IMG/VR virus record: IMGVR_UViG_3300031555_007106
DNA: 64,000 nt
Direction: 5' to 3' (one strand)
Origin: a virus
Taxonomy: Duplodnaviria > Heunggongvirae > Uroviricota > Caudoviricetes
Shown here: piece after piece, positions 1-11,000 of the stretch
Position numbering within the stretch: position 1 is the stretch's first letter
Layout of the letters: the number at the start of each line of letters is the position of its first letter
Notes under the pieces: generated by a model
Databases searched by the model: none
Seen by the model: only the letters and a program-made list of their open reading frames with translations
Told to the model about the DNA's origin: nothing
Made by a program: the position numbers and the translations under genes

Positions 1-3000
1 ATTTTAGGCGTTACAGAAGATAAATCAATATCCTTGGATATTGATATGTTAATCTCACCAGTTTCTTGATTTATTTCAGCTGTTTTACCAAGCACATCAA
101 ATGATGTGATATAACCGTCTTCAAGAGCAATTACTTTAACAGTAAAGGTTTCTGTTGTTCCCGCTTCAGATGTCACTGTATAAATAACATCTTTTGTAAA
201 ATCAAGTTTTTCGGCGATTGCAGGTTCAACCTTTGCAGCTCCTACGATTTCAAACTTATCAGGTGCAATATTTGTCAAATCTACACTGTTATCAAGTTTT
301 ACAGTTATAACGTTTTCTTCGTTATCAACATCACCCTTAACGCCGCTAAGAATAAAACTTCCAATAACAACATCACTTGTATGTACAGAAGCAAAAATCT
401 TTATATTATTTGCAGGCATCACAAATGTCATAGTTTGCAAATCAATTTCAACGGGATTTTCAGTATCAAGAACTTCTCGATTGCTTTCATTTACAACATA
501 GTTGTAATACCATACACGATTAACTTCCGTTGTTTCATCGATAGGCGTAACATTTACATTGATTTCGCTATTAGGAGCCGACGAAGGAACATTCGTGGTT
601 ATTTTTACAAATTCACTTTCATCATCTGTATCAATCACATATACATCGGCCCAAGTAGCATAGATGGTAACATCATTTGCCTCCATTGTTCTTGTCAAAG
701 GTTCTCCGATGACAAATTTAAGTTCTGTACTCTTTTCATTAATAATTTCCTCAAGCTTTGAAAGTCCATAGCCCGTTTCTGCCTCAGGGATAATTGTATA
801 TTTTTCCCCTTTCTGTATATAAAGATGTGTTTGAGGGAATATTTGATTAGCAGCACTTGTTACCTGCTCAATTTCATCCTGAATAACAGAACCTTTAATC
901 TCACCTACGCCATAACCTGTGTATGGTATATCAACACAATAATAAGGTTTTTCAGAAGAATTGTTGATAGTTCTTGTGTAAGATGTAAGAGGTCTTATTC
1001 CTGTAAACATAACTTTATCAATTTCAACGTTCTGTGAAATTTCTGAAAGAACATCTATGGTGTCATTATGTGCTACGGTGTAATTGTATGTACGAGTATC
1101 AGACGAGCCGTTATCAAGTATGTATGCGAATGCTCCTGTTGACTTCGCATTGTTATCATACACAAGTGTTAACCCATCAATCTTATGGACTGGAACATCG
1201 TACATAAAGTTAGCCTGTGTTTCGATGTTATAACCATTTCCACATTGAATAAAGCAGTCTGTAAATGCATTGGTATTTCCATTAACGGTTTCTGTATATA
1301 TTAATCCGGGTAAATACTGTTCTGCATTATAACGTGGGTCTTTCCACTCCACGGGAACTTCAAGTTCGAGAATGACGTTGTTTAAGTCACAGTACATAAA
1401 ATTGTTTAATGCCTGTGCGCTGCCACTTTTCTCTTCAAAAGAGCCTACGGCTAAAACGTTATCGATATCAACATTGTAACACTCAAAAGCTCGTGTCTTA
1501 ATATCTGTAAATGTTGTAACATCAGACAAGATACCATTCTTATAGTCAATCAGATATGTACACATTCCAAGAGAATCGTTGGCAAAGTTACCTGTGTTGA
1601 TAGACACGTCTGAAATAGCTCCATTTTCGAAAACACCAACAGCGTATTCCGCACTGTTGCCATAGAAATTGATGTTATTCATTTGTGTTGCAATAGTACC
1701 CTTACCAACACCATTTACGGCAGTTCCATACATATAGAAATTTGTTACGTTACAATTTTCGATTTCAGACAATCCGTTTTCAGAGTTCTGAAAGTTGTAG
1801 ACATCATTGAAATCTACATTATAAGCATTCACGCTTATTCCCTTTCCTGTAAGTTCATTGTCATATAAACGTATATTGCTTACTTTCATTCGGTTATCAT
1901 CCGCATAAAGTTTATAATAACCGCCACTTCCGTTATAAACACTTAAATTATCCTGCAAAACTGTAACTCCATCCGATTTAACAATATAGGCGAGGCCATA
2001 AATGCCGCTTTCATTTGTTACAGTTGAATCGGTAACATCTGTGTTATACAGATAATAACCTAAGTTGTTAACCGTCTGTCCGTTTTGTTTGCAGCCTGCA
2101 ATCATAGCTTTGCTACCATTAAGACCTGTACTAAAATGAACAATACCATTTTCTGCATAAGCTTCATTTGTTGAATTGTTGATATTGTTTGTATTCCATA
2201 CAGATATACCCGATGTAAGCTGTATTGTAGAATATGTATGTGTTCCATTGAACACATCTTCACCTGTCACAGAATAATCGGAAAGTTCACTATCAGATTG
2301 CTGGAAAGCATAGAGAACAGTAGGATACGGCATATTCGCATCATAATTGTAATTAACTGTTCTGCAAATGTCGTTTTCATCAATATCATTTCCACGCTGA
2401 TGCATATAAAATGACTGACTTGTAGGGTCACTTGCTTCGATATGCCAACGTAAACCTGTGGGGTTATATGTCATATCAGCAGCCCCGTATATAATACAAT
2501 CATTTGCATAGAATCCATTAGAGGTGTATGTTATCTGACCGATAGGCAACATATTGTTTATAACTTTATCTCGGTCTGTATACATACGCTCGACAACATT
2601 ACCTTTGTTTGAACAGCCTGATATTGTCCCTCTGTTTAAAACAGCAATGCCTGCAGCATTGTTTATTGTATTGCTCTGTGTAGAAAACAACCCATAAGCA
2701 TTATCAGGTCTGATATAACTTAGTGCATCAGCAGTATCAGAAGAATTTGTTAAATTACCGGTAATACGGGTAGAGGTATTATTCATAACAATAATAACCC
2801 CATTGTTCGTGCATCCGGAAATAATTCCATCATTTACAGCACATATACCGCCAACTGCTGTGTATCCATACACACCATACAGATGGTTTGCCGCTATTGA
2901 TTCCCCAATTTCAGTATTGTACTGAACAGGAATCCATGCTTCGCCTGATTCTGTTACACCTTGCAAGTTTGCCGCCATATAGTTTAACGAAGGCAGTTGG

Positions 3001-4742
3001 CCGTCATCACGCTTAGTAGAAACTTCGTAATTAAAGGAAGTCGGCAATGATTCGCTGGCGTAAAGAGGATACGCTTCAAGAAAAGGAAGGGCGAGATAAA
3101 CATATGGCATGCTCTGCTTATATGTTACAACTGAGTCTGTATACATATTAAAATCAGTTACAGTAGCCAGCGTTTCTTTATAAACAGATTCGTTTAAAGG
3201 ATTATACCATCCATTATTCATGCCTTGGTAAGAATAAGACCATTCATCCGTAATAAAATCGGTTTCGACCTGTTTAGTTGAAAAAGAAGCATTGTTTACT
3301 GAATTCCGAATTGTTCCTTTGTTTGTACAAGTCATAAAACCGAACTGTCTGTACGCCTGTGTAACAGAGCCATTTGTAACACAACCTTCTATTGTTCCTT
3401 CATTCCAAGCAGTAAGAAAACCAGAGTTACCTACTGGAAGGACTGTCCCAGCTGTTTCAGATAACTTATAAATGCTTGTTCCATAAGGACCGTAATCACG
3501 TGCTACAGGATATATGGATGTTACTAAACCCTGTTCCATATCACCGTAAACATAACAATTGCTTATTTCTCCGTAGTTATAAGCACATAAGAATGCACTG
3601 TACGATACAATATCATTTTTATTATACGAACCTTTGATATTTAAATTGCAGATTGAACCCGAAGTCCCGAGATAACCTACAAAACCTTTACCGATAGGGT
3701 CATAAGTTTCAAGACGCTCAATATAATCTTCGGTCCAAGGCGTATCAGGGTGTAATCCTTTTATACGACAATTGTTGCCATCAAATACGCCCATAAATCC
3801 TTCAGTATCAGCATATTCAGAAATGTCATCATAAGTATAGCTCGCAATAATATCGGTAGATTTTAACTCTTTGATAGCACTTACTTCATTATCTGAAATT
3901 AGATTATATTCACTAAGAGTTATGGGGTGTCCTTCAAGTGGGAGCTCCTGATTAGTAGTTGCTGCGCCGATAGGTGTGTACCAATGCTCAATATTTCCAT
4001 CAGGCAAACGATAAACTAAAAGTCCGTTCGTTACAGCATTCAACCCATTCATTTTATCATCAAGTGTATCTGACACTTGTTTGTAACGAGCTGTTATAGG
4101 TGTGCCATCTGATAATGTTGCTGTCGACCAGTCATACAAATATCTTTTATTGATTTCACCATTAAAGTTTACCCCATAGAGCAAATCTCTGAAACGCATT
4201 TCAGCCTCAGGAAGCTCATAATAACGAGTGGAAATCATATCACCTGTACTGCTACAACCGATAGTAGCATCGACTGGCGTAATGTCGGGAACGTGTCCCA
4301 GAGCATTATAATCCTCACTGGTTATGTTCGGTGTATCAAATGGATATGAGATTGGTAGCCAATCATAGCCATCTAAATCAATATCCGTATTAAGAGTAAT
4401 TGTTTTTCCTTCAAATGTATCTACTAATGCGAGATATTCTTCGGGCACGTTTTGTAATGTAGCAACAAAATCTGCATATTCTTCGCCTGATAGGTCGTTT
4501 GTGAGGATACTGAGAGCTGCAAGCTGAGCTGCACTTGAGATTGTAAAGTCTGTTTCGTTTGGCTTATACCAACTAAAATCATAGGTTACACCATCCCAAA
4601 CATTAAAACCACCAGAGTCAAAATCTCCATTGAAAGTTGTTGTTTCAGCAGACACCGTAATAGGAATTGAATTCAATGCCATAGCACACGCCAATAAACT
4701 CGCTATTCCTATTTTGACTCGCCTATTAAATTTTGTTTGCAT
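1..4742 (-). CDS. secreted surface protein, partial (>1580 aa; C-terminus beyond window start); signal peptide MQTKFNRRVKIGIASLLACAMALNSIPITVSA/ETT; beta-helix-like GxxNxG repeats and C-terminal Ig-like (Listeria-Bacteroides-type) repeats
   Basis: Hand translation of the minus strand from ATG at 4742 (RBS AAGGAGG 6 nt upstream) runs open to position 1 (checked at both ends). Absent from ORF track only because no stop lies in the window. Domain calls from motif patterns only. Confidence 0.65.
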   Translation of the reverse strand, partial: MQTKFNRRVKIGIASLLACAMALNSIPITVSAETTTFNGDFDSGGFNVWDGVTYDFSWYKPNETDFTISSAAQLAALSILTNDLSGEEYADFVATLQNVPEEYLALVDTFEGKTITLNTDIDLDGYDWLPISYPFDTPNITSEDYNALGHVPDITPVDATIGCSSTGDMISTRYYELPEAEMRFRDLLYGVNFNGEINKRYLYDWSTATLSDGTPITARYKQVSDTLDDKMNGLNAVTNGLLVYRLPDGNIEHWYTPIGAATTNQELPLEGHPITLSEYNLISDNEVSAIKELKSTDIIASYTYDDISEYADTEGFMGVFDGNNCRIKGLHPDTPWTEDYIERLETYDPIGKGFVGYLGTSGSICNLNIKGSYNKNDIVSYSAFLCAYNYGEISNCYVYGDMEQGLVTSIYPVARDYGPYGTSIYKLSETAGTVLPVGNSGFLTAWNEGTIEGCVTNGSVTQAYRQFGFMTCTNKGTIRNSVNNASFSTKQVETDFITDEWSYSYQGMNNGWYNPLNESVYKETLATVTDFNMYTDSVVTYKQSMPYVYLALPFLEAYPLYASESLPTSFNYEVSTKRDDGQLPSLNYMAANLQGVTESGEAWIPVQYNTEIGESIAANHLYGVYGYTAVGGICAVNDGIISGCTNNGVIIVMNNTSTRITGNLTNSSDTADALSYIRPDNAYGLFSTQSNTINNAAGIAVLNRGTISGCSNKGNVVERMYTDRDKVINNMLPIGQITYTSNGFYANDCIIYGAADMTYNPTGLRWHIEASDPTSQSFYMHQRGNDIDENDICRTVNYNYDANMPYPTVLYAFQQSDSELSDYSVTGEDVFNGTHTYSTIQLTSGISVWNTNNINNSTNEAYAENGIVHFSTGLNGSKAMIAGCKQNGQTVNNLGYYLYNTDVTDSTVTNESGIYGLAYIVKSDGVTVLQDNLSVYNGSGGYYKLYADDNRMKVSNIRLYDNELTGKGISVNAYNVDFNDVYNFQNSENGLSEIENCNVTNFYMYGTAVNGVGKGTIATQMNNINFYGNSAEYAVGVFENGAISDVSINTGNFANDSLGMCTYLIDYKNGILSDVTTFTDIKTRAFECYNVDIDNVLAVGSFEEKSGSAQALNNFMYCDLNNVILELEVPVEWKDPRYNAEQYLPGLIYTETVNGNTNAFTDCFIQCGNGYNIETQANFMYDVPVHKIDGLTLVYDNNAKSTGAFAYILDNGSSDTRTYNYTVAHNDTIDVLSEISQNVEIDKVMFTGIRPLTSYTRTINNSSEKPYYCVDIPYTGYGVGEIKGSVIQDEIEQVTSAANQIFPQTHLYIQKGEKYTIIPEAETGYGLSKLEEIINEKSTELKFVIGEPLTRTMEANDVTIYATWADVYVIDTDDESEFVKITTNVPSSAPNSEINVNVTPIDETTEVNRVWYYNYVVNESNREVLDTENPVEIDLQTMTFVMPANNIKIFASVHTSDVVIGSFILSGVKGDVDNEENVITVKLDNSVDLTNIAPDKFEIVGAAKVEPAIAEKLDFTKDVIYTVTSEAGTTETFTVKVIALEDGYITSFDVLGKTAEINQETGEINISISKDIDLSSVTPK

Positions 4743-4943
4743 AGGATTCCTCCTTATTTTATTAAAATGTTTGAACTTTTAAAATTTTTCTTCCATTAGG
4801 TAACATCGTGTATATCCATTTTCTCTTCTCTTTTCTTTTCTTTTGTTTATCAAATACTATGTCATATTTTCCGTCATGCATATTCCAAATCGAATGGTCG
4901 AAAATAAAATTTACCATATCTTTCACCTCTTTTTAGCGAATAA

Positions 4944-4971
4944 ACTCCCACCACCTTACAGTGATGGGAGT
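4944..4971 (-). terminator. candidate terminator hairpin downstream of the adhesin gene (11-bp stem ACUCCCAUCAC/GUGGUGGGAGU with one G-U; weak U-tract)
   Basis: actcccaccac-cttaca-gtgatgggagt. Minus-strand tail UUAUUCGC is only moderately U-rich. Confidence 0.45.
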
Positions 4972-5008
4972 ATTCAACTAAGATGTTATATTAACACGAA
5001 AACATCAA

Positions 5009-8000
5009 TTAACATATAATCTCTTCGTTTTCCTGTTCCTTCTTACGTTCAGAAACACCCTTCAACGCACTTGCTGCACAAGCGATACCGCTTATTGCAG
5101 CCATAGCAACGAATCCGGCCACGTTAAGAGGAGCACCAGTTTCAGGATTATCATCCTTCTTCTTCTCTTCCTCATCGTCGTCCGAAGGCGGCGTTGTTGT
5201 TGTCTCTTCATCGTCATCCGAAGGCGGTGTTGTTGTTATCTCTTCATCGTCGTCCGAAGGCGGTGTTGTTGTTATCTCTTCATCGTCATCCGAAGGCGGT
5301 GTTGTTGTAACAGGAGGCTTTGTATCACCGGGAGTTGTTATAACAACAGGAGGTCTTGTACCGCCGGGAGTTGTTGTAACAACGGGAGGTGTAGTATCAT
5401 CAGGTGTAGTAGTTACAACAGGAGCTGTAGTTTCTTCGGTCTTGTTATTTACAGCTGTAGGATATGTAGTAAAGTCTACGTCTGTGCCTACTACTCTGTA
5501 AAGAACTCTACCAGTTTCATCTACTGTACATCTGAATACCTTTTCGGATAATTCATATCCTGCAGGAGCAGAGATTTCCTTGATGTAACGTGTTACGCCA
5601 ACTTCAACAGCAAAAGATACAACTGCCATATTGTATGTGTCAGAGTCCTTATTACTATCAATCTTGGATGTATCTTCAGCAAGCTTAATTGTGCAAGCTT
5701 CATCTTCGTAAAGACCAAACTTAGCACCTTCAAGAGCCTTAGTACCATCAGTCTTGATTACCTTTGCAAAGTATTCAGCTTCGGAGTTTACACATACAGG
5801 GAATGTTTCGCTTAAATCAGCACCACTGTTATAAATGCGATAAGATGTCTTATTGTTAGCGTCAATTACGCATTCATAAACAGTATCCTTGATATTGTAT
5901 CCTTCGGGAGCAGAAGTTTCGCGTAAGTAATAAGTTGTGTTAGATGTAATACCTGTGGAGAATACTACAACAGCCTTGCCATTAGTAGAAGATTCTTCAT
6001 TTGTATCAATAGCAGATACTGCACTTGCTACAAACTGTTTACAACCTGCATCCTTATAGAGGGAGAATGTAGCACCTTCGAGAGGTTCGTTGCTGCCATC
6101 AACCTTAATAAGTCTAATTTCGTTGTATTCCTTACTGTTATGGAATGTTACAGGAATGTTTTCACCCTTGTAAAGTCTTTCAACAGCGACAGGTGCTACG
6201 GGGATATATTCTTCAAGTTCTTCTTCAGAAATTTCATAACTGATAAAGTTATTTTCTGAATCATAGATGGGAAGATTTTCGAGAGAAGCATAACCGTTGT
6301 TACCTGTTACCATTGTATAGGTATTGCCGTCAGAACCCTTTACATAGAATGTAATGCCTTCAACCTTGTCGTCATCAGCAGTCTTAATAATTTCGATACC
6401 ACCAACTTCTTCGTCAGTAAGCTTGTTTTCGAATTTAACGGTTACTGTGTCATCGGTCTTAAGTTCCTTTTTCTGTACAGGCAATTCATAATATCTGTTA
6501 GGAGTGCCTACTTCAGAAATTTCGTAAACAAGCTTATCGCCTGTTGCAGGGTCTACTGTAAGAAGGTCATTAATGACAATTTCACCATTAGCATCTGTAG
6601 CATAAGTACTGCTTAATACTTCGCCGGTGCTTAAAGTTGTCTTGACGTTGAAGACTACGTTTTCGATAACATTATCTTCTGCTGTCTTAACAATTTTAAG
6701 AGAGCCAAATTCGGACTTATCCTTATAGTTCTTAACATTTACAATAAGAGCAAGAGGACGTGTTTCGCCATCATATTCTTTTGCAATTCTTACATTATCA
6801 TAGTTGTCAACTAAATCGGATGTGCAGTTTGTGGTAAGAGTATAATGAGTATCGCCGTCTGCAATGTAAACGTAAATTTCTTCGTTAAGAAGTTCGTACG
6901 CATTACCCTCTTCATCTACAGGAGCCTTAGTTTCAACAATCCAATAAACATTGTCAAACATAAGGTCTGTAAAAGAAGCTACACCATTTTCATCTGTTGT
7001 TGCAGATGCAACAGCATTACCTGTTTTGTCGTCATAAAGGGTGAATTCAGCACCGGAAAGAATCTTACCTGTGTCTAAATCAGTCTTCATAACATCGAGC
7101 GAAGGAAGAGGAGTGGGAGTATTTTCGATGATAATCGGAATAAACTCTTCCTGACCTTCAACTACTGTTACAGGGAATACTTCTGTTGTTCTTATATAGC
7201 CGGAAGGAGCCTTAGTTTCTTCAATTTCATAATTGCCGGAAGAAACTGTATTAAATACTGCTATACCATATTCATCAGATGTAGCTGTAGCTACTGCTAC
7301 TCTACCACCTAAATCTGTAATCTGATAAAGAGTAAATACCGCTCCCTGAAGAGGAATATTATTGTTATCAACTTTCATTACAGAAAGCTTATTGGAAGAA
7401 CCTTTGTTTTCGATTTCAATTTCTACAACAGCTTCTTCATTACTTGAGAAAACAGGAACATCAACGATTGTTTCGTTATTTTCAGGTAATTCATAGCCAT
7501 AAGGAGCAGAAATTTCAACAAGCTTATACTTACCTGCACTGAGGTTATCAAATTCAACCTTACCATTAAGACCGGTATTTTTCTTTTCAACTACAATTTT
7601 CTTTTCGTTGCCATTAGCATCAAGCTGAATAAGCTTGAATGTTGCTCCGGCAAGAGTCTTACCTGTTTCATCGTCTTTCTTAATTACAACAATCTTTGCA
7701 GGCTGTGTATTTACACAATCAAGATTATAGTAATATTCATTTTCAACTTCGATAACTGTATTTTCTGTAATTGTAAAACGAATGGGGTCAGTTAATTTAG
7801 CATAACCCATAGGAGCCATAGTTTCAACAAGAACATATTCCTTGTTAAACGCAAGGTCTTCAAAAGCTACTTTACCATCAGACTTTGTTGTCTTAGAAGC
7901 GATAAATGAAGCACTTTCGCCCATTACATCAAATTCACTTGCCTCATAAAGCTTAAATGTAGCACCGTTAAGAGTTGCACCAGCTTCATTTTTCTTAGTG

Positions 8001-11000
8001 AGAATTAAAGTAGCATCTTTTGTAATGTTGTTAAAAGGTTTGCCGAGTTCATTACCTAAACCATCTTCATTGAGAGTAATATCTGTAATGGCTTCAGGAC
8101 GTCTATAGCGGTCAGGAACATCAATTTCAATGATGTTATACTTGATTAACTGGTCGTTTTTATCATATACGGGCAAGTCTTCAAATACTACAAGACCGTT
8201 TGCATCGGATTCTGCAATCTGAGAATAATCGCCATTCTGAGATTCGATTAAGAACTTAAAACCAGACTTATCGCCGTTATTCTCCACAGTGTCAAGAATA
8301 TCATCACACCACTTAACAAACTGATAATCTACTCTCTTAAGTTCGTTCTCAAACTCTACTTGTGTAACAGCTAACTCAGGTTCAAAATCGTCATTTACCT
8401 TAATCACAATTTCTACAGGGAACTGGTCTTTGTAACGAAGAGGAGTTTCTTCCTTTACTTCATAAACAATCTGAGCTGTACCCTTTGTGTTATAAACAGG
8501 AAGACGGTCAAGTTCGCCGTAACCTACAATTTCACCAGAGTTGTGATTTCTCTGTCTATAAACTGTAAGTGTGTATTCTTTTGTGGGGTCAATACCTGCG
8601 GGGTCAGTACCTGTAATTGTGAACTCGATACCATTTACTTCATCATCTTCACAATACTTAACGACACCAACAGCAGCTACGTTAATATAATTGTAGAACT
8701 GAGCCTTTTCTGTTTCGCCGGGAGTTACTGTAACTGTCTGGTCTGCACATAATTTATAATAAACATTTGTGCGTTCTTCGTGAATTGTGTATGTAGCGTA
8801 ATTTCCATCTACATCATAAGCGGGAATTTCTTCAAATAAAATTTCGCCGAATTTATCGGTAGCAAGTGTTTCTTCATAAATAGCAGCTTCGCCACCCTTA
8901 TGAATTACCGCCTTATCAGACTTGATTGTAAATTCAAAGCCTTCAATTACACGAGTTTCGGAGTCTTTTTCAATCTTGATGTTGCACCACCAAGGCTGAT
9001 ATACATTCTTGAATACATTTTCAGTGCTGTTAGACTTTGCTTTTTCAATTCTTTCTTCAAGAGTTGTATTAGCAATATCAACACTGATTGCTGCTACTTC
9101 ACAAGAAGGAACATAATCATCGCTCCAGTTACGATTCCAGAAATCAGGAGCTACTGTAGTTTCTTCAACGATATAAGCCCCAGTGGGAATCTTATCTACT
9201 ACAAGAGAGCCGTCTTCTGCAAGAATAAATTCTGTGGAACCTGCACCAGTGTATTCATAAATGCCCTTTTCGGTCATTGACGCACCGATGTATTCGCCTG
9301 TAGCTACGCTCTTAATCTTGAATTTGGAAAGGTTGATACCTGCTTCATATGCTTTTCCGTATTCCTTTTCGCTTCTAGCTGTAAGTCTGGTACGACCATC
9401 CTTATCAACGAACCACTTTTCAAGATATAAGATGCCATCGCCGTCAGCTTCGTTATTGAAGATGATGTGACCTTCTTCATCCTTTTCAAGCTCACTTGCT
9501 TCAAAGTTTTTACCTACATTCTTCTGATAACCAGCAGGAGCATTTATTTCCTTAATCTGATAATTCTCAAGATTACCGAGGAACACATTATCTTTAAAGT
9601 GAATGCTACCGTCGCTGCTAAGTACAAACTTTGTAGCATTATCTGCTACTCTGGTTGTTTCATCAGTAAATGTATATACTGTATAGCCGTTTTCATCGAT
9701 TTCGGAAGTTGCAATAACGTAAGCAATTTCATTCTTATCGAAGATAACAAACTCACACTGTTCGTAGTAAGAGGGGTCTGTTGCTTCCTGACCATCAAAT
9801 GTCTTTAAAAGTCCTGTGGGAGGAACCTGTCTTTCTTCTACATTAAAGCCGAAATCAAACATAAAAGGTCTGGGAACAATTGCTTCCTGTTCAGAAGCAT
9901 GAGTAAGACCAACTGCACCAAGGAACTTATCGATAGAACTATCGGCTGTTGTTACAACATCCTCAAGATTAAATACAACTCTTGTTTCGTCTTCTGCCCA
10001 TGTTTCAATCACATCAGCGGGAATATAAATTGTATAGTTGCCGTTGCGTTCACGGATGATGAAGTTGGAAGCGTTATCATCATCTTCAAAATAAGTTTGT
10101 AAAACAGATTTTTTGTATCCATTGCTATATTCGTCATCACGACTCAATCCCAGTTTCTTCAGACCATCAAAAATGGACTCTGCAAACTTAGCCTGAGCAT
10201 TTTCAGGAATCATATCAAAAGTGGTATCATATCTAATAGTAAAATGAGCATAGCTTGCTTCTTCACTATTTTTTACAAACACTAAACTAGAAGACTGAGT
10301 ATTATCAAAACGATTCATAAGCTCGTAAACCCAAGTTGTCTTTCCTGCGAGAGTTATCATGTTTGTCTTGATGTAGCTGTAAGTATTGATGATATCAGTC
10401 TTTTCATCTGCCTTAAAGTTAGCAAGAAAATAATTAAGAGCTGTCTTTTCATCACCCTTGATAGCTGCTGTGGAATCATCGTACCAACCGCAGACAATGT
10501 TCCAGATGATTAACTGAGTAGCAATTCTTGCTGCTGTGGTTTCACTTGTAGCAGTAAGGCTAACTTTTTTGTTTAATCCTTTAACACCTGCATTGACACT
10601 CTTTTCAATCCACTCTAACTGATTATTATGCCATGCATTTTCCTGCCACACATAAGTTAAATCTCCGGTTAAACCGCAAGAAAGAGCAAGGGAAATATTG
10701 TTGTAGATTGCATTGGTTGTTTCTGTTCCTTCTTCAAGATACTTACAAACTCCGTGAAGGTCTGTAACTTCTCCTAAGAAACCTGTAGCAGAATCCCAAT
10801 AAACTCCTGTGCTAATTCCTTCACTGGGAGCTACACAGTAAGCAATTTGACCTGTTGTTGTTTTTCCTGCCGTTGCTGGGTCATCGCTGTAATTCAAATA
10901 AGTATCATCAATAACAGACATCTTAACGATATTACCTGCTGCAACAGGGCCGATGCCTGTTGACGGAGACAAACCTGAATTCGCAAAGTTATACCCTGCA

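Noticed and set aside
4743-5008. 40-codon basic ORF (MHDGKYDIVFDKQKKRKEKRKW...) in the gap between the two large surface-protein genes
   Set aside because: It has no RBS, overlaps the probable promoter region of the downstream gene, and has low-complexity Lys/Arg-rich translation of an A-rich tract.
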